Under the pieces are notes generated by a model. That model did not search any database. It worked only from the letters and a program-made list of their open reading frames with translations, and was not told the DNA's origin. This document shows, one piece after another, positions 37,790-51,659 of a stretch of DNA of 64,000 nucleotides. The stretch's first letter is position 1; every line of letters starts with the position of its first letter. The position numbers and the translations under genes were made by a program. This DNA comes from Tubiluchus corallicola (taxonomy: Eukaryota > Animalia > Priapulida): positions 248,001 through 312,000 of the forward strand of contig JAQGDQ010000075.1 in the NCBI GenBank assembly GCA_030141605.1, read 5' to 3'.

Positions 37790-39520
37790 CAAATGACGAT
37801 AGAATAAGGCTTGGTGAGCCTGTGTTACCCGTATTTAATACTAACTGATGTTGAAATTAATGAAGAACTAATGCGGAATATAATGAAATAATTAAAGTTG
37901 CCCAAGTCCTCGGGTCATGATGGACTCAGCACCAGAATTCTTAAATACACAGTCCTTGCTCTTGTTTTGGCAAAATTCTTTAAAAATCATTAGTTTAAGA
38001 ACATTTCCCCTTGAAATGGAAAAAACAAATGTCATACCCTTACCAAAAGATGGAAATTTAAATATAATGAACAATTATAGGCCAATTTCGCTTCTAAGTT
38101 GTCTAACAAAAGTGGTTTAAAAAACCATGACAGATCACGTGATTGCTGAGCAGCGTATATTGGAGAGGGCAGTTCAAAGTAACGCAACTACTTGAGAAGT
38201 ATCATAACATTTTGGCTGATCTAGAACAGGGTAGAGAAGTTGGCTGATTATTTTGTGATGTAGGCAAAGCTTTTGATCGAGTTTGGCATGAGGGGTTGAT
38301 GTATAAGTTGGCTGAACTCGGAGTAACACAGAAACTGCTAAACTGGATCTGACAAATAGACAGCAGCATTTTGTATTAGACAGGAAAGAGTCGACCTATC
38401 AAAGTGAAAATGCAGTAGTGCGCCAAGTCTCAATAGTTGGGTACTTTCTCTCGTTTATGTTAATGTCATCACACAGATGATTAATTATCAGGTAAATTAT
38501 GTGCGGATGACACGACTCTGTATTGTTGCTCTAGTGATCGTCAAGAGTATACTTACTTTGAATAATAATTTGGAAGGGCTAGTCAACTGGGCAAAAAATG
38601 GCACATAAAGTTTAATCAGAATTAAAAACAGAATTTGTGAATGTTAGTTACAGCACAACAGAATCATTTTTAAAGTATGTCATTGATGTATTGAAATAAA
38701 AAAATGTAAAACCCATAAGCACTTAGGTGTCACTTTGCAAGCAGATGTCAAATGGACAACTCATATTAATAATGTTCTGTTTACAGTCAGACGGAAAATG
38801 GACGTTTTAAAGGGCCTAATGTTTAAACTAGATAGACAAACTTTGAACAATGTATATATTAGTTACGTAAGACTAAGTGTGGAGTATGGAGATGTACTGT
38901 GGGACAATTTTTCCTAGCAAAACAAAGATATAATAGAAACAAACTACAATTAGAAGCAGACAGAGTTGTGACAGGGGATACCAGAGCTACTAGTCATGCA
39001 ATAATTTATAATGAATGTAAATGGGAAACATTACAGAGTCACAGATCTAATTATGCTGTATAAAATTGGCAAAAGATTGAAACCTAATACACTACAAGCT
39101 TTGTTACCAGTGGTCGAGGAAACGAGAGCTAGATATAACTTGGTGAAATTGTATGATATACCATTGTTCAAAACGAGAGCATCAATTTCCATGAATCAAT
39201 TTTTCCATGTGGAATAGTCTGTCAATTGATGTCAGGGAACAAACTACTATCAATAGATTTAAAAAAAACATAGGCAGTGATCTAAATCTCGCGCTAAAAA
39301 GATTTCTAGTAGGTAGTTGGTTTGGTGAAATAATGCGTGCTAGAATGAGAATGAAGTACAGTAGTTACTAACGATGTTAAGCAGAATATGGCTTGTTCAT
39401 GCGGATATCAATTTGAAGACACTCAGCATTATTTATTAATTTGCTATAAGTATGACGTAAAAAGATTGCATTAATGTTCTATGAGAGAATGATAAATACA
39501 CGAGCATTATAATAGACTTA
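37790..39520 (+). mobile_element. decayed CR1-group LINE (5'-truncated ORF2: RT plus C-terminal zinc knuckle)
   Basis: KSSGHDGLSTRILK, VIPLPKDGNLNIMNNYRPISLLSCLTKV, FCDVGKAFDRVWHEGLMYKL, ADDT, HKHLGVTL..KWTTHI, YISYVRLSVEYGDVLWDN, CSCGYQFEDTQHYLLIC; multiple stops and frameshifts. Confidence 0.92.
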
Positions 39521-40785
39521 TCCGTTCAATGAAATCTAAGTGCCCATCATTTTGGAGATGCTGGTAGGCAGCCTGCAGAAAGTCTAAAAAATCCTTCAAG
39601 TAAAACCCGTGAGTCAAAGTACCCTTTTACTAAGGTGCAAACCTATATGTAAGGTGTACACCATTGTGGAAAAAACTGGTTTGAGTAAACTGAGTGCGAA
39701 TGATCCATTTAACAGGACAGACCAAAATCTAGGTATATATGAAGGCCGAGGCTATCTGTATTCTTATCGTATTAAACGCCCTCGTCAAAACTTCCTCTAG
39801 TGCCAAGTTTCAATTTTGTGATGCAATAATCGAGGCGTATAAAAAGACACAGGCACACATCCTTCGTAATCATTTAGAATGGCATGATATCTGAGTTAAC
39901 GTTCGTCTTGCAATATAAAGATGTAAATATTCATTGATAATTAAGTAACAAAAGCACATCTAGCCAAAAATATCAATGCTGGAATATTATGGTGGCAATT
40001 TATGCGAGCCCAAAGCGCAGTAAAGCGCAAGTAAAGTGCCGCCTTTACAGAGATTGCGTAATTAAGAAAACTTGCGTTTCGGAAAAGATAAAATTTCCAG
40101 ATGAAAGTCGTAACATTAGCCGAATATTTGGAAGAACACACGCAAATATCGCTATTTAAAAACTGAACGCGTGTGAAGCCTTAACTTGAATTGCAAGCAA
40201 CATGAATTCAATATCAGTGGGAAATTGCTGCTTTTTGTTTTGAAGCATCCTTTGAGTAAAAGATAATAGCTCAAATAGCACAAATAGCAAGAATGGTGAA
40301 ATTAAGCCTACACGTGAATAGACTTACACATAGAACCGAATGCTTTTGTACGTTAAAATTTTGCTCACGTTCATTTTTGTTTTTTGTTTTTGTTGCAAAT
40401 ATGTATATATGCGTCTAGACGTGTTTCATTTGTATCGAAACGTGTGACACTTTGGTTTATATTTTTAAAGGCATGTTTGCATACTTTCAAGTAAGTCTCT
40501 AAATCCTTTTGAGATAGCTTGCTGAGGTATTTTTCTCATTGAAGTTGTCCACTTTCTTGAAATGTTAGTTTTATTCAAGCTCTTGGGCTTCTTTAAGCGG
40601 TTCACCGTGGTTAACAATCTGCAGCCTCTACTTTCCACTAGGGATTCTTCTGTTAAGGAAAGAGATTAATCACAGAAGCCATTTGTTCGAATAAGTTTCC
40701 ACAAGACGACAATGAAAGAGTGATGGCTGACTTATTATGAACATAAATGACTTGATATGTAATTGAAATGTTTAGCAGATGGTTC

Positions 40786-41476
<691 letters not shown>

Positions 41477-42004
41477 GGGGATGCGAGCGAGAGAGAGAAA
41501 GACAGGAAGGAAGAGGGGGTGAGGTAGGCATATCTCTAAAAAGCTCTGTCAACGGATGCTATCACATCAACTGTGAGGTGTGAAACGACACGAGATGTGA
41601 AAGTACGTTTACTGATTTTTACGTCGATTTAAATATTCTAGTTCTAGATAAAAAATGCCACAACCCACAGCAGCTATTTCAAAGTGTTAGAGAATTTAGC
41701 TGTCTATAAATATCACTATTGAAAGATTCGGAGTACAGGTTTTGCACGTTTCTTTGGCACAGACATGTGAACACACTACACACAAACTAGCACGCATAGT
41801 AATAAGTAAGTAATTTAATTACAAAGAATTCTTATTACACTTAATCGTGGTAGATGCACGGAAAACAAAAAAATGAGTTAGTTTAAAATTTACTCAGTTA
41901 CATTTATACATTAACCATCGTAAAAAAACTAAAATGATATTAAGCATATTAGCAATATAACTATCGCATTTCTTATTATACTAACAGTCGTTTCAGTAAC
42001 AGTG

Positions 42005-42250
42005 ATTACTGTGCAAAACATTAAAAGCATTGATGAGTCTAGTCCACTACAGTTTGCTATGCCTGAATATAGAACTTAGGTATGCCACATCATTATTAGA
42101 GGCTCTGCGATTGGTGCCTGACCGTATTTGGAGAAAGCATGTCTCTCATGTTGAACAGGCCTTGATTTCGTCAGTACCAAGGCATGTTCAACATCTGATA
42201 TTGTGGTATGTTTCTCCACCTGTAACTTCCAACAGCCAATTTGTGACCTG
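42005..42250 (+). mobile_element. possible LINE APE-endonuclease remnant
   Basis: Frameshifted FAMPEY..RGSAIG.LTVF..CGMFL.PPVTS follows the order of the endonuclease motifs (PGY, SGG, YxPP). Confidence 0.35.
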
Positions 42251-42310
42251 AGATCTTAGTTCTATCCAGGAAATTCTTTTAAGTTTATGAACAAACTCAC
42301 TTCTATCTCA

Positions 42311-42377
<67 letters not shown>

Positions 42378-44731
42378 CTAATCAGTTCGTCTAGCATACA
42401 TGCACACTATGATATCGGTCAAACAAATTCAACGGGATAACTTATTTAAGTTCAACTGAATATGGCTCGTGTTTAAGATATATGATTCTGAAGACTGAAA
42501 AGATGTCTTTCATTTTATAGGCAGCTTCTGTCATTAAACTTGTGATAAATTTCAAACCTTTACATGAGCGTTTACGATGTTTATGGCGTTTACGTGAACT
42601 TGTATAATAAAACGAAGAAATTTACGGGCACATTCTGTCATTTAGACGTCTCCGACCGAACTTGTTGGAAAAGGTCGATCTTTGCAAAGACGAGCATCAT
42701 GTTTGCTTAAGGACGCCTGCACACGCGACTGGTAAATACACCTACGGCTGGAAGCCAGCTTTACGAGAAACACTTGTCAGTCAGTCTGCACTGTGTGGGT
42801 AAACAGGTAAGAATGACAGAGGATGAAAAGTATTAACTAAAGATTTCTGTGAAGTCATTTTCGGACGATTTTGATCGTAGCTGTCCATTACTACCATAAA
42901 TGTAACTACCACTATAATTATTGTGGAGTTATAACATCTAGTTTAACGAAGAAAGAAGACGGGTGAAAACTGTGCTGAGGAGTTCAATCCGAAGCCTATC
43001 CATTAGAATTTGCGAGCACTACCAACTTTTTGACCGAGCTGTTGGCTTACAGAAACTTTCCTTATAGCAAGATATCATCCAGTTGATTAGCTAAATATAA
43101 ATAATCATCTTTTCAAGAGACGGACTAAATTAATAAGTTAATCAATTAACATCATTAAATGACATAACTTGGCTATTGATATTAACTGTCCGAATTTAAT
43201 CATCAGAAAGCTAATGTGAAACAACATGTGACGTTAAAGAGTTATGAACCAATCATGACTTAAACACGAAACGTTGCGAACAGACTCACACGCTTTTCTA
43301 CCACCTCGTTTATACGTACCATTTTAACAGATGGGCTTAATGAATTTGCCATTGTTGCTGTCAAACGCAGTAGTGGATTTTATGACTGACAAACCAGAAA
43401 AATAAAAAACCGACCAAACGACTAAATAATTAACTGACCAAACTACTAATTAATCTGCTGAAGAGAAAGGACATGGTAGAAAAATGTGAATAAGTCTTTT
43501 TAGTCAGGCGCGCCCTTCTTTGGTTAGATTAATTTTTAGCATGTTTTCTTAATTTTGAAATTTAATTCGTATATAAGTTAACTGTTTGTAAAGATTGCTG
43601 TAATATTACTGAAGGATGCCACAGTCAAACAAATACTTTTTGTGGTCCACTGCATAATTTGATAATGACAAGATTTTATTAGCACTGTAGCTTATTTTAA
43701 GAACACATTGTTGTGTTTAATGTTGCCTTTGCTCATGGTGTCTTCATTTCTTCTTCCCTTGGGGCCGGAAAGCATTTTAGATTGAGGAATTCCTAAAATT
43801 TACTCTGCCAATTAACAGCTGTTGCTAGACATTACTGCAAACAAACTTTTATGATACTGTCGATAACGATAATAGTGAAGATGATGGTGATGATGATAAT
43901 GTTGTTGTTGTTGATGATCAGCTTTTCTTTTCTATTTCTAACAGTATCAACTATACTGTTATAACTGTGCAGTAACCTTATCTCACTGCTTGGTTTGACA
44001 AACAAGTGGCAATTTACATTGTATCATTTCTGTCAGTAAATTATACCAGTAAATTATCATTTCTATGTTGATATGTTTGCATTTTTCATGACTAAAGATA
44101 GATTGTTCATAAAACTTTGATTTTTATTAAAGTATTCCCTGAGTTGAAAGAGGTTGGAGGTCTAGCGCATTGCTTTGTTCAGAGCCGACAAAGATATTAA
44201 GGCAATTCTGTCTATAAAGAGGCTTATTTTATTGTATTATACAGCTACTATATGCTGTTTGATTTTGTAACAGTATAATTATGGACTATCACAAATAGCT
44301 AAGAAGATGTATACATAATGATGTGTTAGTTATCATGACAGTCTAAGTTTATTAGTTTTAATACTCAAGCTTTACAAAACTTTCTCTGCTAAAATTCTTT
44401 CATATCTAATTCACAAAGGATTAACGACAACTTTGTTCATTATTAAGGGCAGGAGTTGCTTTTCCGTTCCTGAGCAAACAATTAGTCAACCGTCTGCAGC
44501 AAAATGTTTGTAAAATGAAATGCTGTAAAATCGTAAAAAGCTAATAACACTAAGTTTATAGCATTATCACTTTGCCATTGTGCCTATCATAGCGGAGCTA
44601 GAATAAAAAGGGAAAGTTTCTGTAACAATTAATATCAGTATTAACTAAAATTAACTAATTGCATTTATATGTGCAAAAACAAGTAGCCTTGGCATTCATT
44701 AGCTAATCACTAAAGCATGTGTTGATATGAC

Positions 44732-44808
44732 GAATCCAGGTAAAAAAGTCACAGGTAAAAAGCCACAGGAAAAATGACTTTTTTCTTGTGACTTTACTAC
44801 CGATCACC
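44732..44808. mobile_element. ~77-bp fold-back MITE made of subterminal-type units
   Basis: GGTAAAAAAGTCACA / GGTAAAAAGCCACA are inverted against TGACTTTTTTC / TGTGACTTTACTACC; flanks share ATGAC. Confidence 0.55.
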
Positions 44809-45001
44809 AAAATGACTGCTAGCATATATAGACATCAATTTTTAATCGATGCCTAATAGTTTTTAAAAACTAAGGGATAAAATCAAACCCACAAGAAGAA
44901 CATGTACAAATCCTGCCATTTTTTGTTCTTCTTTTTTTAATGACCGAAATCTTTTATTACAGAGAATTATTTACTGTTGTATAATTTTATAAGTAATCAC
45001 A

Positions 45002-45051
45002 TGTCATCAAACAAAACCGTATTGTCATCAAACAAAAGCGTATTGTCATCA
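45002..45051. repeat. 21-bp tandem repeat x2.4
   Basis: TGTCATCAAACAAAA(C/G)CGTAT. Confidence 0.9.
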
Positions 45052-48000
45052 CACGCTAACATCAATCATGTTGTAAAAACCGGTAGGTAGCGCAATTAAT
45101 TCAATTTAATTTTAATTTATGTGTCGAAACATTTACGGTTTTTAATAAAGATTTTAAAATTAGTCTTTAAAACTAGTTTTGAATGTTTCTATTTTTGTTA
45201 ATTATATGGCTTATGATGATTACATTTTCCTGCTAATCTAATACCTTCAAGCATGTTTATCTAATTTTGTCATAAATGTTGCTAATTTCGTTTTGATTAA
45301 CGAAAAATCTGGTTCAATTCTGAGACTATAGAAAAACATTTTAGAAAAAAATCACACATTTCTTTCATAAAAACTTTGTAATTTTGTGTGTGATATCTAA
45401 ATATCGAATATTGCATTGGTTTTTGATTAGAAGATCACAATTAGCGGAACATGCGGTTGCAGAAAATTTCCAATTAAGAGCTTTGTCAGTTTAAACATAG
45501 TTTATTTGGTTCAGATTAGAATCTTCACCGTGCAAGTGCATTTATAGGCAGGAGTGCAGTTAAAATAAAGTAACATAAATACAAACAAACACAAATAGAG
45601 GTACATGCGTACCAATACACATAAACAAAGACATATACATGCAAGGTTAGCAGAGGAGACCCAATGAATAATATAACAATAACTATCTTAAAATTTACCG
45701 TAAAATTTACAAACATTTATATATTTCTCCTAATGTAATTTTTAATGCAATCAAAAGTTTTGCAGTTAACATCAACATTAAAATCATGTTAAGATAAAGA
45801 CTACTGGTTTTATACACTCAGGCTGACTTACCTTTGCAGCACAGCACAACGAAGGGGTACATGAAGTCACTCAAAACAACCGTAAGTTACAGTATATTAG
45901 CAAAATTTGACTATAAAGTAAAAAGCAAAAAACTAAATTCTGTACATGTGGTTTCTTAACTACTCCTTTTAAGATTTCAGTCGTAAGTTGCAAATCTTGA
46001 TCACAGGAAAGTGCCAAATTCAAGTTACTTAGCTATAGTCGCATTTATTATTGGTTTAGTCAGCCAGTCAGTCATCAAACAGTTAGTAAATCAGATAGTC
46101 AAACAGAAATATAGTGAGATTAAGTAATTAATATATATCATTATGCGAATCAAAGAGTTAACGAATCGGTTAGTCCAGCAAATAATCCAGCAATTGGACA
46201 GTCCTAACCCTACACGACTACTAGCTAAACGAGTGAGAGCATCTTTCAACATACAAAAATTCAGGCCTCGATACTGGGATGATACCATTACCTATCTAAT
46301 TGCTCATGTTTGTAATTTTACTAGCTTGTATTTTTAGCAATCGGTGAAAAATTCACAAACAAACACTTGCAGCTGCTGCAGCATTATTATGATTACTTCC
46401 AGCAAAATAAGCAAAACAGAAAAGAGGATTAAGCCAGTAGAAGATTAAATAAATAACCCATTCACGCCTCAATAATAACTAGCCTCCACGGCAGGCACAC
46501 ACACGCACACGCACGCACGCACGCACGCACACGCGCACACGCATGCACGCGTACACGCACGCACGCTCACCCCATACCCCCCAACCCACACACCCACAAG
46601 TTAACCAGCATAGCGTGGACATCTAAAGGCACACTAATATTGCAGCACACAAAAAACTCTCCAAAACTTTAAAGTTAACCACAACAATTATGTAAGTGAT
46701 CAAACCCCTCCAGAACTCAAACAAACACACTACGTCTGGTAATTTTATTTTTATAGCTACTACAATTAGCTTTTAAAAAATTATCACAGTATTGTGCAGC
46801 AAAAATGAACACCTTGCTGCACGGCAGGACAAAGTGAAAAATTGAGACACATCCCTTTTCATCGCTTACGCTTTCAATTTATTGACAAAGTCCGCATAAT
46901 GCTGCAGCATAACTTGTAATAGGAGATGAAGCCAATGTCCCCAATCATCAAATCCAATGAATGTTGACTAATCAGCTTCGCGTTTACTTGTGTTGGCTTT
47001 ACTCTGTACTGCTAATGCCTGGCGTTCACTGCAGTTTGCAATGCTATTTCATGCACGTTATTTGCTGTTGTACCAAAACAGTGTTGCCACATAAATCACT
47101 TATCTCGACGCAACGCATTTAATCAATTTATATAGTGCCTACAATGTCTCAAACCTACGTCTGTCAGTCTGTCTATATATAAGTTGTAAATGCCTTGAGG
47201 GGACAATCGGAAAGCAGGATCCTGTGAAAGTAAAAAAAAATAACGGATAAGAAGGAACTTTGCAAGGTGATAGAGAAAAAATATGCTACCAAGTGAAATG
47301 ATACTATGAATGAAGCTTATATATGGGATAATAAAAAAAAGATAGAAAGACTATTATTTTTTTGTAAAAACATTTGACATTTGTAAAATATACTCAAATT
47401 GAGGTACTCGGGCTACTTTGCCACTGCTGCAAGGATGGATACTGTAAGAACTTTCAATACTTAATTGTATTTACTCAAATTCATTTTTAGCAAGTTTTAA
47501 AATAAAGTAAAACACTGTACAGTTGCACAATGGTTTATGAAACCACTACATCACTTTTCAAACTTGTAAAACTATCCACAGTTAATAGCGAACCGGATAT
47601 TAATTATAATTAATGGGACTCTGTTGGTGTTTGTAATTAAATTTTGCGAGATAAATCATCACCGTAAAATAGCGTTTGCGAGAAATCAATAGATTGTAAA
47701 TCTAGCGATTTAACGAAATTCCCGGAAAAGCGCAGTGCATTTACATATTTATTAATAACAGAATGCATTCAATTTGTGAATATTGGGCAAATGCGCAAAC
47801 ATTTTGCGATTATTAAAAGTTACAAGGCTGTTAAAGGCTGGTGTGTTTTACGCAGTTCCGGCTGGTTGAAAAACGCAAGTTCACAATGCACACAAGGTTA
47901 TAAAATCCAAAGTAAGTTGAAATTGGCTGAAAATAGTAGACAAAAAATTAGCTGACAACCAGGTGAAACTACTGACTATTTGAATGACTTACTATCTGGC

Positions 48001-49454
48001 TGTATTTACTAAATGTTTAACTGTACTTTAAAAACGAACAAAGGAACGAATGAACACACGCATGTTCGCAGGTTCGTAGGCACCCGCACACACACGAACG
48101 CATGCATGCATGCAGGAACGAACGAGCGCATAAACAAAAACAAACAAACACTGACAGAGAGAGAGAGAGTCAAAAAGACAGAAAGGAAAGAAAGAGAGAA
48201 AGCAAATAAAGAAGCAAATGACGCAGACTGACAGCCAGTGTTTGCAATGAGTCGATTTTTCTAATACAATCATTAATTCAACATGTTCAAAATTAATGCT
48301 TCACTCAAACGAATATGGAAGTTGTCGGACAATTTCAATAGCACTGAAAAGTCAATCGAAAGTTCTTGAAAAGTGTCTTGCGGTAAAAATACATGTTCTT
48401 TCCGGAATAAGTTAATCTATAAACTCAATTTCTAGCGTATATTTTAAGCGAAACTATGAATGTTACAAAAACAGTGAATGCAGTATGTAATATGCTGTGG
48501 GCTTCACACTGCTGTTGTAATGAATAGATTTTTCATTTCTTGCGGGTGTTCCGCGACAGTAGATCTTTGTCTGTTTCCTGTCTGAAAGGTGTATAAATTC
48601 AACACAAACTTTTATTTATACTCCTTCTATGACCTAGAAATTATGCGGGAACCCGCCCAACCAATTTTCGTAATCTGCTACTTAATTACTGTAATACCAA
48701 GTCGGAAGCCATTTGCTGTAGGCTACCGTTGGCTACTGTATATGAAGGATACTTAATCAAGTAAGCATGCCAGTTATTGCAATAGTATATGTGTATATAC
48801 GTGCATGCATTTGTACATATTTATTTATTTATCATTTATTCGTGTATGTTCAGCCCATCAGTTCCAAACAATACAGTCACGTTATTGAATTAGTACAAAA
48901 AAAAAACAACAGAATAACGTTAGCCTTAGAACACAGTCGCACAACAAACAAAAAGATTTGTAGACACTAAAATTTAAGCCACGAGAAGTTTAAATGGACT
49001 GCCTTTGCAAAATTTGAGGGACTAACTTTGACAATTACAATTACGATTTTCCAACATCTGAAAAACAAATGAAACTTACTAGTACTGTGGTATCAGGCAG
49101 TAATTACATATTCAAGTATATCATTCAGTTTTACATTAATTAAGCAGCTGAAATTGCTGTTTACGCTGGCATCTAAAAGGTCTAATAAAAAGTGCACAGT
49201 ATTCCTTTTATTATTATCAAGACTAGATGCGGTAACAAATACCGGAGACAACGTTTTCTTACAGCAATATTCGATTGTTAAGTTTTCAAATTTGAGATCC
49301 GTAAAACGATTGACGATATGTCTGAAATCTATTACTTTTCACTTTAGAACTAAAAATTTGCAACGACACTATTGTTTGCACTATAAATGTACTACAGTGC
49401 ACCGGCAAACTGACACATCTTGTTAAACGATAAGGTAATATACATAGCATATAA

Positions 49455-49711
49455 ATTTTACTGGCGAACTGAAGCATTTTGTTAAATGAATGGTAATAAC
49501 ATAGCAGAGAAATTTTACTGCCGAAACGTACCACTGGCAAAATGACCTGTGGCGAACTATGTCATTGGCGCACTGCACACTGGCGAAATGTGCTATTGGC
49601 GAACTGTACCACTGGCAAACTGTACCAGTGGCGAAGTGTAGCACTGGGAAAGTGTTTCATTGGTGAAATGTATTGCTAGCGAAGCGTCAAATGTGGAAAT
49701 TTGTGGATACC
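49455..49711. repeat. ~16-bp degenerate array (ACTGGCGAA core), probable subterminal array of a DNA transposon end
   Basis: About 12 units of (A/C)(C/T)TGGC(G/A)AA spaced ~16 bp, ending GGAAATTTGTGGATACC. Confidence 0.7.
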
Positions 49712-51659
49712 TATATAGACTGGATAAATGCAGTTGTTCTTGCGAAAAGGCTTTTAAAGTGACACATGCAATCAAAGTCTGATGCAGAGCAATTAGTGCA
49801 GTATTCAGATCAGACAAAATTAGTCAACTAAGTAGGCATTTAAAACTCAAAAGCTATAGGGTACATGCTGGTCAAAATAGAGCACAGTCATTAATTGTAA
49901 TTCCCATACATTCAAGAGGGAAAATAAAATAGCTGGTGAATTTTTGCAATAATTTTTTATGGAAAAGCCGATGAGCGCCATACACCAAATTTTCCTATAA
50001 TTACATACAGTACTTATAAAACCAATAACGAAGCTACTACCATTCCAAATATATCATTATGGCCACGCAATTTGGCATGTCGCGTGAGATTATGATATCT
50101 ATCACCAAATTAAACTACCATAATATAGGATTACTACTGCTATTATTGGATTTCAAAAGTGGCATATCAAAATGCTCTAGAAATGTGATAAGACTGCTAC
50201 TTCTTAATGCGATTTAGCTTCTAAATCTGGGTGAAAAATCAACTAATACCTTTTCTTAATGCTAGCTTCTCTGGCAAGTTTGCTCGCAGACTATGATAAT
50301 TGTTAAACATCGACTGGGTTCAAAGCGCCTATGCTAATCAATAATATCTAAGACACCAGATTCAATTGTAACTAGGATCGTTGGTCATCGACGAAACACG
50401 TGCATTGATTGATATTAATAATTAGTGTTATTGGCACCCACGAAAGGAAACGACAACAGTATAGTAGAACCCTGTGCTTTCATCAAAATTTGTTGTATGT
50501 TGATCCGTTCTACCGGAAAAATCTAATTTTTGCGCTCTAGCGACCAGTCGTCTAAAAGCATGATTTGCTTGCCTGTTCTAATCACTTAAACACTATAAAA
50601 AATTATAACTGTTCGAGTGCAAATAACCAAAATGTAACAGAATAGCAAACTACCTTTCACACACACACAGCATTTGATTACAATTGTGCGTAAAACTTGT
50701 CTTTTAACGCACAGAGCACAAAAAACAAATACATCGCGATGACGTTGGTGATTTTGGAAACCACGATTACTTTGACGACAACAATGAATCTACAAGAACG
50801 AATCTTCAGTTTACTACATTTTTCTGGTTTTGTTTGAATAGAGCAGTGGCAGGCAAAAAAAGCTATTGCCACAAAGTATTAAGCTCTAATGTATGTCTTC
50901 CGAGGAAAAAGGTGGTTTTAGGTTTCATTTTAAACGCTTCATTGTCCTAATTAATGGGCGGTTGCTAATTAAGGGGCTGCTTAAGCTTAAGGGTCCAGTT
51001 TCAAAAAAAAAACTCAACATATAAGTTCATTAATTTCAGACGAAGAGGAACCGCTTGGTTTTTAGAGCAATTGATGAGGCACATACTTGTAATTAAGAGC
51101 CGTGGAAGACGTCACCTTCACGGCATAATTCGTGAATGCCATATTGAACATCTGCGAACTTTGCAAATAAAACCAAGACGACAGATTTCTCAAGAGCATC
51201 TAGTTCAATTTACATGTTTTCTGATGCATATAATGACACGCATTCACCAATAATTAGTTGGCCTTAACTGCAGCTGTGAATCAGTTCAAGAAGTTAGATT
51301 GTAACGTTTGCATTGCAACTTAGTTGACTTAAGTTTGTACCGTCATCAAAACTTGGCTGACATAAAATTAAAATTGTAGATGCTAAGATACATTACTTTC
51401 GTTGTTCTAGCGGAAAAATATTGGTTTCAAGGCGGCAAATGTTAAGGGAAGATCGTACCTGATCTTCCAAAAAGGATCTTGATGAAAAATGGCGACAAAA
51501 ATCTACTAGGGAGAAATTCCGAGAGAAGTGAAAAATTCGGCTTTTCGAAGTGGACATATTTTTGTACATGGCCCACCTTTCACTGCTAAACAGAGAAAAG
51601 ATGATGAGCAAAACAGCGATTAATATTCACTTTAGCATTTACGACAAAATGCGTATAAT

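Noticed and set aside
49455-49711. CRISPR-like core-plus-variable array
   Set aside because: The ~16-bp pitch is too short and the cores are degenerate; it fits a transposon subterminal array
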